Source: an uncultured bacterium
GTDB taxonomy: Bacteria; Eisenbacteria; RBG-16-71-46; CAIMUX01; WJJG01
Assembly: GCA_964573295.1 (NCBI GenBank)
Contig: CAZNJE010000022.1
Coordinates: forward strand, 5,761 to 69,760
DNA length: 64,000 bases
Reading direction: 5' to 3'
Shown here piece by piece: positions 48,402 through 57,289 of the stretch. A program made the translations under genes and the position numbers. The notes below the pieces were generated by a model. It was not told the DNA's origin, searched no databases, and saw nothing but the letters and a program-made list of their open reading frames with translations. How positions within the stretch are numbered: position 1 is the stretch's first letter; each line of letters starts with the position of its first letter.

Positions 48402-48791
48402 CTAGCCGTTGCTCAGGGTGATCACCACTGCGGTCTCACCGTAGCCTTCGACATCGTAGACGCCCGCCGCCAGCGCATACCCAAGGTCGCCCTGGCTGAA
48501 ACCAGGAGCCGCAATACCGCAGGGATTGCCGGTGAACGGATTGGTCGGGAAGACGCCTCCCGGGAACAGAGCGGCCACGATGTCGGCCAGCGCCGGATAG
48601 GTCGCGCCGTTGCGTACACTGAAGTCCTCGACCACCAGCTGCAGGGAGTGCGCATTGGCCTTGACGCTACCTTCCTTGGCCCGATTGGTCATGGAGATGT
48701 AGTTGGGAATCGCGATCGCTGCCAGAATGCCAATGATGACCACAACGATCATGAGCTCGATGAGGGTGAAACCCTTGTTACTGCGGAACAT
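48402..48791 (-). CDS. pilA: Type IVa major pilin paralog 1 (129 aa)
   Basis: The ATG at 48791 is preceded by GAGGAGG 8 nt upstream. The class III signal is MFRSNKG^FTLIELMIVVVIIGILAAIAIPNY. The C-terminus is ...VITLSNG. Confidence 0.8.
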   Translation of the reverse strand: MFRSNKGFTLIELMIVVVIIGILAAIAIPNYISMTNRAKEGSVKANAHSLQLVVEDFSVRNGATYPALADIVAALFPGGVFPTNPFTGNPCGIAAPGFSQGDLGYALAAGVYDVEGYGETAVVITLSNG

Positions 48792-48892
48792 CTCAAACAC
48801 CTCCTCTTCGTGGTACCTCACACGTGGCCGTCTGGCGGCATCGTGTGAGGTCGACCACACTCCGCTCAGACAACCGTTCTTGTCCCTTTGTA

Positions 48893-48908
48893 TGCAGTCC
48901 CCGTGCCA
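48893..48908 (-). promoter_or_regulatory. Sigma-54 (-24/-12) promoter candidate TGGCACGGGGACTGCA upstream of pilA paralog 1
   Basis: The minus-strand reading is TGGCAC-N5-CTGCA, which matches the GG-N10-GC spacing. It lies ~100 nt upstream of the pilA1 ATG and downstream of pilR, which encodes a sigma-54 activator. Confidence 0.5.
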
Positions 48909-49019
48909 GCAAAGGCTGACGCGGAGGACAATTTCTAACTGCTTCACTTTCAGAGAGTTGGAACGTTTGGACCCCCCCGGCGATCCCGCTCTCGTCCCCT
49001 CCGTTCGGCGCGCCGGCGA

Positions 49020-49099
49020 TGCAGTCTGCAAGCGGGGTGTTCAAGTTGCGAACGCTCGCTGCAATCTGCGAACGCAGGCGTCCGGACGTGCAGTCTGCA
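49020..49099. promoter_or_regulatory. Two copies of the palindromic motif TGCAGTCTGCA (49020-49030 and 49089-49099; centres ~69 bp apart) plus TGCGAACGC repeats in the pilR-pilA intergenic region; candidate PilR upstream activating sequences
   Basis: The motifs are seen directly. They lie 110-190 bp upstream of the sigma-54 element. The same core occurs at 32869-32898. Confidence 0.45.
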
Positions 49100-49103
49100 T
49101 GCA

Positions 49104-50501
49104 TCAGGCCGCCTCGGCCTCGGCCTGCGGCCCGTTGTCGGATTGCTTGTCGGTCATGTCGTAGCCGACCAGCTTCCGGTAGAGGGTCGAGGCATTGATG
49201 CCCAGGATCTCGGCTGCACGCTTCTTCTGCCAGCCGGTGTGGTTGAGTACCTTGAGGATGTACTCCTTCTCGAGCTCCTCGAGGCTCATCGTCGGGCTGT
49301 CGACGATGAAGCTGCCCTTGCGCGTCGGCCCTTGCACCACCTGTTCGGGCAAATCTTCCATGCCGATCTGATCGTGCTCACTCAGAATGACCGCCCGTTC
49401 GATGACGTTCTCGAGCTCGCGGACATTGCCCGGCCAGTCGTAGCGCATGAGGCAATCCATGACCTCGCGCGAGAGGGTCTTGAGACCGTTGGGGCCGGGG
49501 AAGCGCGCCAGAAAGTGATCGGCCAGAAGCGCGATGTCGTCCCGGCGCTGGCGCAAGGGCGGCAACCGCACCGGAATCACGTTGAGCCGGTAGAAGAGGT
49601 CGTGGCGGAAACGGCCCTCGCTGACCTCCTTCTCCAGGTCGCTGTTCGTGGCGGCCACCAGGCGGACGTCGATCTTGAGCGCTTCGTTGGCCCCGATCGG
49701 GATGATTTCCCGTTCTTGCAGGGCCCGCAGCAGCTTCACCTGGGTGGCCGGCGCCATCTCGCCCACCTCGTCGAGAAAGAAGGTGCCGCCTTCGCAGACG
49801 ACGAAGTGCCCGGGCTGGTCCTTGACCGCTCCGGTGAACGAGCCCTTCTTGTGGCCGAAGAGCGTACTCTCGAGCAGATCCTTGTGCAGCGCTCCGCAGT
49901 TGATCGACAGGAAGGGGCCCTTCGCCCGCTGGCTACGGTAGTGAATCTCGCGCGCGATCAGCTCCTTGCCCGTGCCGCTCTCGCCGAAGATCAGCACGGT
50001 CGCGTTGGTGACGGCCACCTTCTCGACCATCTTGTAGACCTTGAGCATCTCTTCGGAGCGGCCGATCAGCCGCCGATCCTCGTGACGCTTCTTGAGCTGC
50101 CACTTGAGAACCTCGTTCTCCGACCGCACCCGGCTCATGGCGAGCGCGTTGCCCACCGCCAGCAGGATCTCCTCGTTGCGGGCGCTCTTCTCGACGAGCT
50201 GGAAGGCACCTCGCCGGATCGCCTCGGCCGCCACCTTCTCGGTACCGTAGGCGGTCAAGATCACCACCGGCAGGTCGGGGTACTTGGCGTGCATCCCATC
50301 GAGGACGCTCAACCCATCGACCCCCGGCATCTTCAGGTCGGTGATGACCAGATCGAAGCTGTCGCGATCGAGCCGGCTGATGCCGTCGGCTCCATTCTCG
50401 AGCGCGGTGACCTCGTACCCTTCGCTGACCAGGAGCATGCTCAGGAAGCGGCGCATGCTATCTTCGTCATCGATGACCAGTATGCGGTGCTTACGATCCA
50501 T
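49104..50501 (-). CDS. pilR: Sigma-54-dependent response regulator PilR (NtrC family)
   Basis: The ATG is at 50501 (MDRKHRILVIDDED, the receiver). The AAA+ sigma54-interaction domain has GESGTGKE and the GAFTGA loop variant GSFTGA. The C-terminal Fis-type HTH is AAEILGINASTLYRKL. Confidence 0.9.
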   Translation of the reverse strand: MDRKHRILVIDDEDSMRRFLSMLLVSEGYEVTALENGADGISRLDRDSFDLVITDLKMPGVDGLSVLDGMHAKYPDLPVVILTAYGTEKVAAEAIRRGAFQLVEKSARNEEILLAVGNALAMSRVRSENEVLKWQLKKRHEDRRLIGRSEEMLKVYKMVEKVAVTNATVLIFGESGTGKELIAREIHYRSQRAKGPFLSINCGALHKDLLESTLFGHKKGSFTGAVKDQPGHFVVCEGGTFFLDEVGEMAPATQVKLLRALQEREIIPIGANEALKIDVRLVAATNSDLEKEVSEGRFRHDLFYRLNVIPVRLPPLRQRRDDIALLADHFLARFPGPNGLKTLSREVMDCLMRYDWPGNVRELENVIERAVILSEHDQIGMEDLPEQVVQGPTRKGSFIVDSPTMSLEELEKEYILKVLNHTGWQKKRAAEILGINASTLYRKLVGYDMTDKQSDNGPQAEAEAA

Positions 50502-50577
50502 GCCCCATCCGTCATGTGCCACAGCTGTGCCACGGTGTCGGTTGTGAATTCATGCGGTTCTTCGGGGACGATGCGCG

Positions 50578-52305
50578 TCAGGCCGCCGCGGGATCCTGTT
50601 CCCGTGGGGTAGGACCGTCGACCGGCAAGTCGACGAAGACTCCTCCGCCCGCGGCCGGTCTCTCCCCGAACCCGATCCGGCCCTCGTGCTCATGAACGCC
50701 GCGCTGGGCGATCGCCAGGCCGAGCCCGCTCCCGGCCGGCTTGGTGGTGCAGAAGGGCCGGAAGGCCTCCTCTTCGCTCACTCCCTGAAGCCCCGGTCCC
50801 TCGTCGCACACCCACACCCGGACCCACGCCCGGCCTTCCTGCGCCAGGCTTTCCAGCCAGACGCGCACGGTGCCACCGGGAACCGCCTCGAATGCGTTGA
50901 GCAGAAGATTCCGAAAGACTTGCCGTAACCACTCCCGATCCCCGTAGATCCCGAGCCCGGTAGCCCCCACCACCTCCAACCCCGCGGAATCCAACGTCTT
51001 CCCCACGGCCAGCGCCCGCGCCTCCTGCCTGATAAAATCTTCGAGATCGATCCATTCCAACTTCAACGTTTTGTCCCGGGACAGGGTCAGGAACTGGCTG
51101 AGGAACGCCTCGAGCGAGTCGGCCTCGCGCTCGATCAACTCGAAGACCGCCTGGGTCTGTTCGCCGATCGCGCCCATCCGTTGGAGCAGGTCCACTGAAC
51201 CGCTGATCGGTTTGAGCGAGTTGCGCATCTCGTGCGCCAGCCCCGCCGAGAGCTCACCGATCATGGCCATGCGCTCGCGTTCACCGGCCTTACGTTCGAG
51301 GGCCTTGCGCGCGGACATGTCCCAGAAGAGCCCGACCGCCCCACGGGTTCGCCCCTGCGGGTCGATGACCGGAGTCACCTTGACCCAGGCGGGAAAGTCG
51401 CCTCCGTCCGAACGGGTGAGCACGCACTCGGTGTCGCACGCTTCGCGGCCCGGTCCGAGCGAGGCCCGCAGGTGGCTGAACAGCGCCTGGTTCGCGCCGA
51501 CCAACCTCGCCGGCAGCACGGTCGCCGACTCGGGGAGTCTAAGCAGGTGCCTCGCCTCCGGGTTCAGCGAGCGCAGCAGGCCGTCGGCATCCACCGCCAC
51601 TAAGCCGCAGCCCATGCTCTCGACGATCCGGTCGGTGCTCAGGCGGATTTCCTCGAGCGCGACGCGGGTTTCCGCCGCCTCCCGGAGGGTGTTCGCCATG
51701 CGCTGGGCAAGCCATCCGGCGGCCGCACCCATGGATCCGAAGAAGAGGCCGTGGAATCCAACGCGCATCCACAGCCCGGCGACGGTTACGCTCGCGGGCC
51801 GGTCGGCGAACGCCATCAATCCATAGAGCCCGGCGGTCAGAATGCCGCTGAAGAATCCGAAGCGGGCATGGGCCACCAGTCCAGCGGCCAGAACGGGCAG
51901 CGCAAGAAGCAGAAGGGTGGGGCTGTGGATCGAGCCGCTGGCATGGACGGCCAGCGCGGCGGCGAGGGCGTCGCCCAGTAGTGTGGCGCGCAGGAGAATC
52001 CCTTGGCCGGCACCTTCACGCTGACGATGCAGCCACCAGCTGCTCGCAACGGTCCAGAGCATGATGGCGAAGGCCGGCAGCCGGGAACCGTCCTCCCCGA
52101 TCCAGACGCTCTCGAGTGCCGCGAGCAAGACGATGAAGGCCCCGATCACGGCGCGAACGAGGATGATCCGCCGGGGCACTCGCGCTGGCCCGTGCGGTCC
52201 CCCCGGGTGCGCCCCCCCCGGGTTCGCCTCCCCCCTGTGCGGGGGCGGCGGCCCGGGGCCGGGCTCCGGCGAACGGGCGGCCGATGCCCGGTCCGGCACG
52301 ATCAA
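50578..52305 (-). CDS. pilS: Sensor histidine kinase PilS-like (polytopic membrane N-terminus, PAS, HisKA, HATPase_c)
   Basis: It has ~6 TM helices. The H-box is MIGELSAGLAHEMRNSL, the N-box is FRNLLLNAFEA, and the G-boxes are DEGPGL...GSGLGLAIAQR. It lies immediately upstream of pilR. Confidence 0.8.
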   Translation of the reverse strand: MIVPDRASAARSPEPGPGPPPPHRGEANPGGAHPGGPHGPARVPRRIILVRAVIGAFIVLLAALESVWIGEDGSRLPAFAIMLWTVASSWWLHRQREGAGQGILLRATLLGDALAAALAVHASGSIHSPTLLLLALPVLAAGLVAHARFGFFSGILTAGLYGLMAFADRPASVTVAGLWMRVGFHGLFFGSMGAAAGWLAQRMANTLREAAETRVALEEIRLSTDRIVESMGCGLVAVDADGLLRSLNPEARHLLRLPESATVLPARLVGANQALFSHLRASLGPGREACDTECVLTRSDGGDFPAWVKVTPVIDPQGRTRGAVGLFWDMSARKALERKAGERERMAMIGELSAGLAHEMRNSLKPISGSVDLLQRMGAIGEQTQAVFELIEREADSLEAFLSQFLTLSRDKTLKLEWIDLEDFIRQEARALAVGKTLDSAGLEVVGATGLGIYGDREWLRQVFRNLLLNAFEAVPGGTVRVWLESLAQEGRAWVRVWVCDEGPGLQGVSEEEAFRPFCTTKPAGSGLGLAIAQRGVHEHEGRIGFGERPAAGGGVFVDLPVDGPTPREQDPAAA

Positions 52306-53525
52306 TGCCCTCCGCTGCCCGCCACCACGTTGATCAGCTTGAACATGGGCAGGTACATCGCCACGACCATGCCGCCGACCGCTACGCCCATGACCACGAT
52401 CATGACCGGCTCGATGATCGAGGTCAGCGTCTCGACGGCCGTATTGACCTCTTCGTCGTAGAAGTTGGCGATTTTCTCGAGCATCTTGTCCAGCGCGCCC
52501 GTCTCCTCCCCGACCGAGATCATCTGCACCACCATCGGCGGAAACACCCCGGCTTCTTTCAACGGCTGGGCGATGGTTTCACCCTCGCGGATGCTGGTCT
52601 TGGTGGCCATGATCGCCTCTTCGATGATCTTGTTGCCAGCGGTGCGGGCGGTGATATCGAGCCCGGAGAGAATGGCCACCCCGCTACTGATCATCGTACC
52701 CAGCGTGCGCGTGAAGCGGGCGATCGAGCCCTTGCGCAGCAGGTCGCCGATCACCGGCGACTTGAGCAGGAGCTGGTCGATCTGGCGCCCACCTCGCTCG
52801 GTCTTGCGGTAGCGCTTCAGCGCGACGACGAGGACGACGATAGCACCCACGATGACATACCACGTCTGCTTCAAGAAATCGCTCGCGTTCACCACGAGCT
52901 GCGTGGGCAAGGGCAACTCGCCGCCGAAATCGTCGAAGACGTCCGCGAAGACCGGGATGATGAAGAGCAGCATGAAGAGCATCGCCCCACCGGCGACCGA
53001 CATCACGACCGCCGGATAGGTCATTGCGCTCTTGATCTTGCGCTTCAGGGCCTCGGCCTTCTCGATGTAGGTAGCCAGGCGCTGGAGGATCTTGTCCAGA
53101 ATACCGCCGGCCTCGCCCGCGTCGACCATGTTGACGTAGAGCGAATCGAAGGCATGGGGATGCTTCGCCATCGCTTCGGCCAGCGTGGTACCGGCTTCCA
53201 CATCGTGCATGACGTCCTGGATGATCGAGCGGAAGTTACCATCGTCGGTTTGCTTCGAGAGGATGTCCAGACACTGCACCAGCGGAAGTCCGGAGTCGAT
53301 CATGGTCGAGAACTGCCGGGTGAAGATCGCCAGGTCACGCCCGCGCACACCGCGCTTGCCCTTGCCGAAGCTGAAGGAGACGCCCTTCGCCTTCGGGCGC
53401 ACCTGCGTGACGATGATCCGCTTGCGGCGCAGTTGCGCCAGCGCGTCATCGCGGTCCTGGGCCTCCATTTCGCCGGAGCGGACCTCGCCTGCGGCGGTCC
53501 GTCCTTTCCAGGTAAAGACGCTCAT
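52302..53525 (-). CDS. pilC: Type IV pilus inner-membrane platform protein PilC (GspF family)
   Basis: It has two tandem GspF domains (…FTRQFSTMIDSGLPLVQCLDIL… and …FTRTLGTMISSGVAILSGLDI…). It is 407 aa. Confidence 0.9.
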   Translation of the reverse strand: MSVFTWKGRTAAGEVRSGEMEAQDRDDALAQLRRKRIIVTQVRPKAKGVSFSFGKGKRGVRGRDLAIFTRQFSTMIDSGLPLVQCLDILSKQTDDGNFRSIIQDVMHDVEAGTTLAEAMAKHPHAFDSLYVNMVDAGEAGGILDKILQRLATYIEKAEALKRKIKSAMTYPAVVMSVAGGAMLFMLLFIIPVFADVFDDFGGELPLPTQLVVNASDFLKQTWYVIVGAIVVLVVALKRYRKTERGGRQIDQLLLKSPVIGDLLRKGSIARFTRTLGTMISSGVAILSGLDITARTAGNKIIEEAIMATKTSIREGETIAQPLKEAGVFPPMVVQMISVGEETGALDKMLEKIANFYDEEVNTAVETLTSIIEPVMIVVMGVAVGGMVVAMYLPMFKLINVVAGSGGH

Positions 53526-54655
53526 GATGCCTTCCTTCTGGCCTCAGTGCCGACCCCGCGTCCGAAAACCTGGTGCCGGGGACGGTAGGTCGCATCGGCC
53601 TTCATGAGAATGGACTCGAGCTCCTGCACATCCGAGCTGCGCGAGAGCGCCTCGTCCAGCGTGATCTTCCGGCTCTGGAAGGCCTGGAAGAGCGCTTGGT
53701 TCATCGTCATCATTCCGTACTTGGCGCCGGCCTGCATGAGGCTGTAGATCTGGTGTGACTTCCCTTCCCGGATCAGGGCGCTCATCGCCGGCGTGCACAC
53801 CAGGACCTCGGAGATGTTGATCCGCCCGTGACCGCCGCGGCGCGGCACGAGCTGCTGCGTCACGATGCCGCGCAGGACGAAGGCCAGCTGGGAGAAGACT
53901 TGCTTCTGCTGGTTGGTGGGAAAGACATCCACGATGCGGTTGATCGCCTCGTAGGTCGAGTTCGTGTGCAGGGTCGCGAATACCAAGTGTCCGGTTTCAG
54001 CAATCGTCAGGGCGGCCTGAATGGTCTCGAGGTCGCGCATCTCACCGATCAGGATGACGTCGGGGTCCTGGCGCAAGACGTATTTGAGCGCCTGCGGGAA
54101 ACTGTTCGTATCGGAACCGATCTCGCGCTGGTTGACGATCGCGCGCTTGTGTTGGTGCACATACTCGATGGGGTCTTCGATCGTGATGATGTGGCAGGAA
54201 CGTTCTTCGTTGATCTTATCGATCAGACCCGCCAGCGTGGTCGACTTGCCGCTCCCGGTCGGGCCGGTGACGAGCACGAGCCCGTTGGGAGAATCGGCGA
54301 ACTCGCGGACCGCCTTCGGCAGCCCGAGTTCCTCGACCGTCATGATGCCGAACGGAATCATCCGGATGGCCCCGGTGGTGACGCCCCGCTGGGAAAATAC
54401 GTTGGCACGGAACCGCGCCAGGCTCTTGATGCCGAAAGAGAGGTCGAGTTCGTGCTCGTTTTCGAAACGCTTCTTCTGGTCGTCGCGCAGAATCGAGTAG
54501 ACCAGCTTCTCGCAGGTCTCCGGATCCAGCGGATCGTGCCCGCTGGCATCGAGCACCCCATCGACTCGGAATTGCGGCGGGACGCCGGCGGTCAGATGCA
54601 AGTCCGACGCGCCCCGTTCCACCATCTCGGCCAGCAAGTCCCGCAGGGATACCAT
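53522..54655 (-). CDS. pilT: Twitching motility retraction ATPase PilT
   Basis: Walker A is GPTGSGKSTTL. The Asp box, Walker B and His box are present. The PilT-specific C-terminal AIRNLIRE-like sequence is ALIREGKSHQIYS. Confidence 0.95.
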   Translation of the reverse strand: MVSLRDLLAEMVERGASDLHLTAGVPPQFRVDGVLDASGHDPLDPETCEKLVYSILRDDQKKRFENEHELDLSFGIKSLARFRANVFSQRGVTTGAIRMIPFGIMTVEELGLPKAVREFADSPNGLVLVTGPTGSGKSTTLAGLIDKINEERSCHIITIEDPIEYVHQHKRAIVNQREIGSDTNSFPQALKYVLRQDPDVILIGEMRDLETIQAALTIAETGHLVFATLHTNSTYEAINRIVDVFPTNQQKQVFSQLAFVLRGIVTQQLVPRRGGHGRINISEVLVCTPAMSALIREGKSHQIYSLMQAGAKYGMMTMNQALFQAFQSRKITLDEALSRSSDVQELESILMKADATYRPRHQVFGRGVGTEARRKAS

Positions 54656-54832
54656 CCGGTTCCCTCCCCTGGTGTGGTTGGGTCAATAGCGACAAGGCGC
54701 CGGGGAACCCTCGCGGGCTTTCCTACCCGGCCGACCGCACCGGCTCCGCGGGCAGCCTTCCGCGATGAAGAGCGGGGGCCGCTGCGCCGCGCGGCCTTCC
54801 TCGATCAAGAACGGGCCGCTGTGCCGGGCGGC

Positions 54833-56545
54833 CTAGATCTCTTCGTCGGATGCGGTTTCCTTCAATACTTCTTCGGCGGAAGTGATGCCCTGCTTGAGTT
54901 TCAGCAGCGCATCCATACGCAGGGTGAGCATCCCGTCGGCGACCGCCTGCCGCTTGATCTCGGGGGTCGCGGCGCCCCGGATGATCATCTCCCGAATCTC
55001 GGCACTGATCGGCATGACCTCGTAGAACCCGGTTCGGCCCTTGTAGCCGGTCTGGTGGCACAGATCGCAGCCCACCGGCTCGTAGAACTCATCACCGTCG
55101 GTGGCGCCGCCGACGTTCTTGATCTGCAGGCGCTCGAGCAGTTGTGGCGAGAAGTCCGCCTTTTTCCGGCAGTTCTGGCACAGCCGACGGCCCAGCCGCT
55201 GTGCGAGAATCAGATTCGTGGAGGAGGCGACCAGGAAGGGCTCCATCCCCATGTCGATCATGCGGTTCAGGGTGCTGGGCGCGTCGTTGGTGTGCAGCGT
55301 GGAGAGCACGAGATGGCCGGTGAGGGCGGCCTTGGTGGCGATCGATCCGGTCTCCATGTCGCGGATCTCACCCACCATGACGATGTTCGGGTCCTGGCGC
55401 AGAAAGGACTTGAGGGCGGCGGCGAAGCTCAATCCGACCGAATCGTGCACGTGAACCTGGTTGATCCCGTCGAGGTTGTACTCGACCGGATCCTCGGCCG
55501 TCATGATGTTCACATCCGGAGTGTTCAGCCGCGAGAGGACCGAGTAGAGCGTGGTCGTCTTGCCGCTTCCGGTCGGGCCGGTCACGAGAACCATGCCATA
55601 AGGGCTTTCGACCGCCCTCAGGAAGTTCTCGAGCGCCTGCGGATGGAACCCGGCCTGCGTGAGGTCGAGTTGCAGATTGGTCTTGTCCAGGATCCGGAGC
55701 ACGACCTTCTCGCCGTAGATGCACGGGAGGGTGGATACACGCAGGTCGATCATCTTCTTGCCGATGCGGATCTTGATGCGGCCGTCCTGGGGCAGGCGGC
55801 GCTCGGAGATGTCCAGATCGGACATGATCTTCAAGCGCGAGATAATCGCCCGGCGCAGCTTGAGCGGCGGCGTCATGCGTTCATAGAGCGTGCCGTCGAT
55901 GCGGAACCGGACCCGCAGAGATCTCTCGTAGCACTCCACGTGGATGTCGCTGGCGCCCTCGTTGACGGCCTGGGCGATCATTGAATTGACGAACTTGACC
56001 ACCGGGGCCTGCTCGGCGGCGTCCGGATCGGTCTCGCTCTCGCTCTCGCTTTCGTCCTCCTTCTCGACGACCTCGAGATCATCTTCCATCGACTTCATCA
56101 CCTCGGCCATCGAGAGGACCGAGTCGTAGGCTCGATCGATGGCGCGTTTGATCTGGTCTTCGGTCGAGACGAACGGCTCGACCTCCAGGTTGGTGATGAA
56201 CTTCACGTCGTCGATGGCGAAGAAGTTGGCGGGATTCGACATGGCCACCATGAGCTGGCGGCCCAGGCGCCGGAACGGCAGGAGGGTGAACTTCGTGGCC
56301 ACGTCGGCAGGGATCAGACGGGCTACCTCGGGGTCGACCTCGGTCTCATCGAGATTCACGCTGGCGGTGCCGAAGTGATCGCCGAGGAAGCCCAGGAGCT
56401 GCCCTTGGTCGATCGCCCCGATCTTGACCAGGTGCGTCAGGACGTCGCCGCCCTGCGACTTCTCGATCTTCTGGGCCTCCTTGAGGTGGTTCTCAACCAC
56501 CAGCCCGGCTTCCAGCAGCCGTGCGCCCAGATCAGCCTTGGTCAC
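54833..56545 (-). CDS. pilB: Type IV pilus extension ATPase PilB
   Basis: It has an N-terminal GSPII-like domain. Walker A is GPTGSGKTTTL. The tetracysteine motif is CQNCRKK...CDLCHQTGYKGR. It is 570 aa. Confidence 0.95.
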   Translation of the reverse strand: MTKADLGARLLEAGLVVENHLKEAQKIEKSQGGDVLTHLVKIGAIDQGQLLGFLGDHFGTASVNLDETEVDPEVARLIPADVATKFTLLPFRRLGRQLMVAMSNPANFFAIDDVKFITNLEVEPFVSTEDQIKRAIDRAYDSVLSMAEVMKSMEDDLEVVEKEDESESESETDPDAAEQAPVVKFVNSMIAQAVNEGASDIHVECYERSLRVRFRIDGTLYERMTPPLKLRRAIISRLKIMSDLDISERRLPQDGRIKIRIGKKMIDLRVSTLPCIYGEKVVLRILDKTNLQLDLTQAGFHPQALENFLRAVESPYGMVLVTGPTGSGKTTTLYSVLSRLNTPDVNIMTAEDPVEYNLDGINQVHVHDSVGLSFAAALKSFLRQDPNIVMVGEIRDMETGSIATKAALTGHLVLSTLHTNDAPSTLNRMIDMGMEPFLVASSTNLILAQRLGRRLCQNCRKKADFSPQLLERLQIKNVGGATDGDEFYEPVGCDLCHQTGYKGRTGFYEVMPISAEIREMIIRGAATPEIKRQAVADGMLTLRMDALLKLKQGITSAEEVLKETASDEEI

Positions 56546-56797
56546 CGTGCGGACTCCTCATTGATTCTCCGCCGCATACTCCTCCCCATCGCACGGTCGG
56601 CATCCCTGAAAGCGGCGGGAAGCGAACCACATCAGCGTTCGGCGGGAGTCGATCTGCGTTGGATACCACGCCCTGTATCCCTCTGCGCCGAGGGAGACAA
56701 CTCGCGTGCCACCGGGGGAGGTGTGAGAAATGGTATGAGGAACTCTTCGGAATGCATTGATATTCGGATCGTTACGTACGCCAATCCGATAAAGGGT

Positions 56798-57247
56798 CTA
56801 GGGCCGTACGGCCGAATCGGCCATGCATTGCGAGAATCGCAATCCGGTCGCGTGCAAGCTGCACGGCTGGGCCACCGTGACGAGCCCGGCCAGATCGCTC
56901 AGCCGTCCGGGCCCGATTCCCCGGACCTGCCGCAGCTCGGCCACACTGCCGAAACGGCCCACCCTACGCCGGTAGGCCAGGATTCGCCCGGCCAGCGTCG
57001 GCCCGATCCCCGGCAACGCCTCCAGATCCAGGCTGTCGGCGAGGTTCAGGTCGAGGAACCCGTCCCGAAAGACCGTTTCCGGCCGGCCCCGGATTGGCGC
57101 GAACGAGCCATCTCTCGTGCTGTCGGGCAACGCCGCAGCCGGATCGGGCTCACGCCAGAGGAGTTCGGCGGCGCTCACCAGGTACCCGCCGGCCAGCAGG
57201 ACCACCAGTGCTCCCAGAAGGCGGCGCTCGGCCGCGGTGAAGGTCAT
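56798..57247 (-). CDS. comEA: ComEA-like helix-hairpin-helix DNA-binding protein
   Basis: It has an N-terminal signal anchor. The tandem HhH motifs are LDLNLADSLDLEALPGIGPTLAGRILAYRRRVGRFGSVAELRQVRGIGPGRL. Confidence 0.7.
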   Translation of the reverse strand: MTFTAAERRLLGALVVLLAGGYLVSAAELLWREPDPAAALPDSTRDGSFAPIRGRPETVFRDGFLDLNLADSLDLEALPGIGPTLAGRILAYRRRVGRFGSVAELRQVRGIGPGRLSDLAGLVTVAQPCSLHATGLRFSQCMADSAVRP

Positions 57248-57289
57248 GGGTTCAGATCCTCACGCCCCATCCCTACGTGGGCCGGGCAC

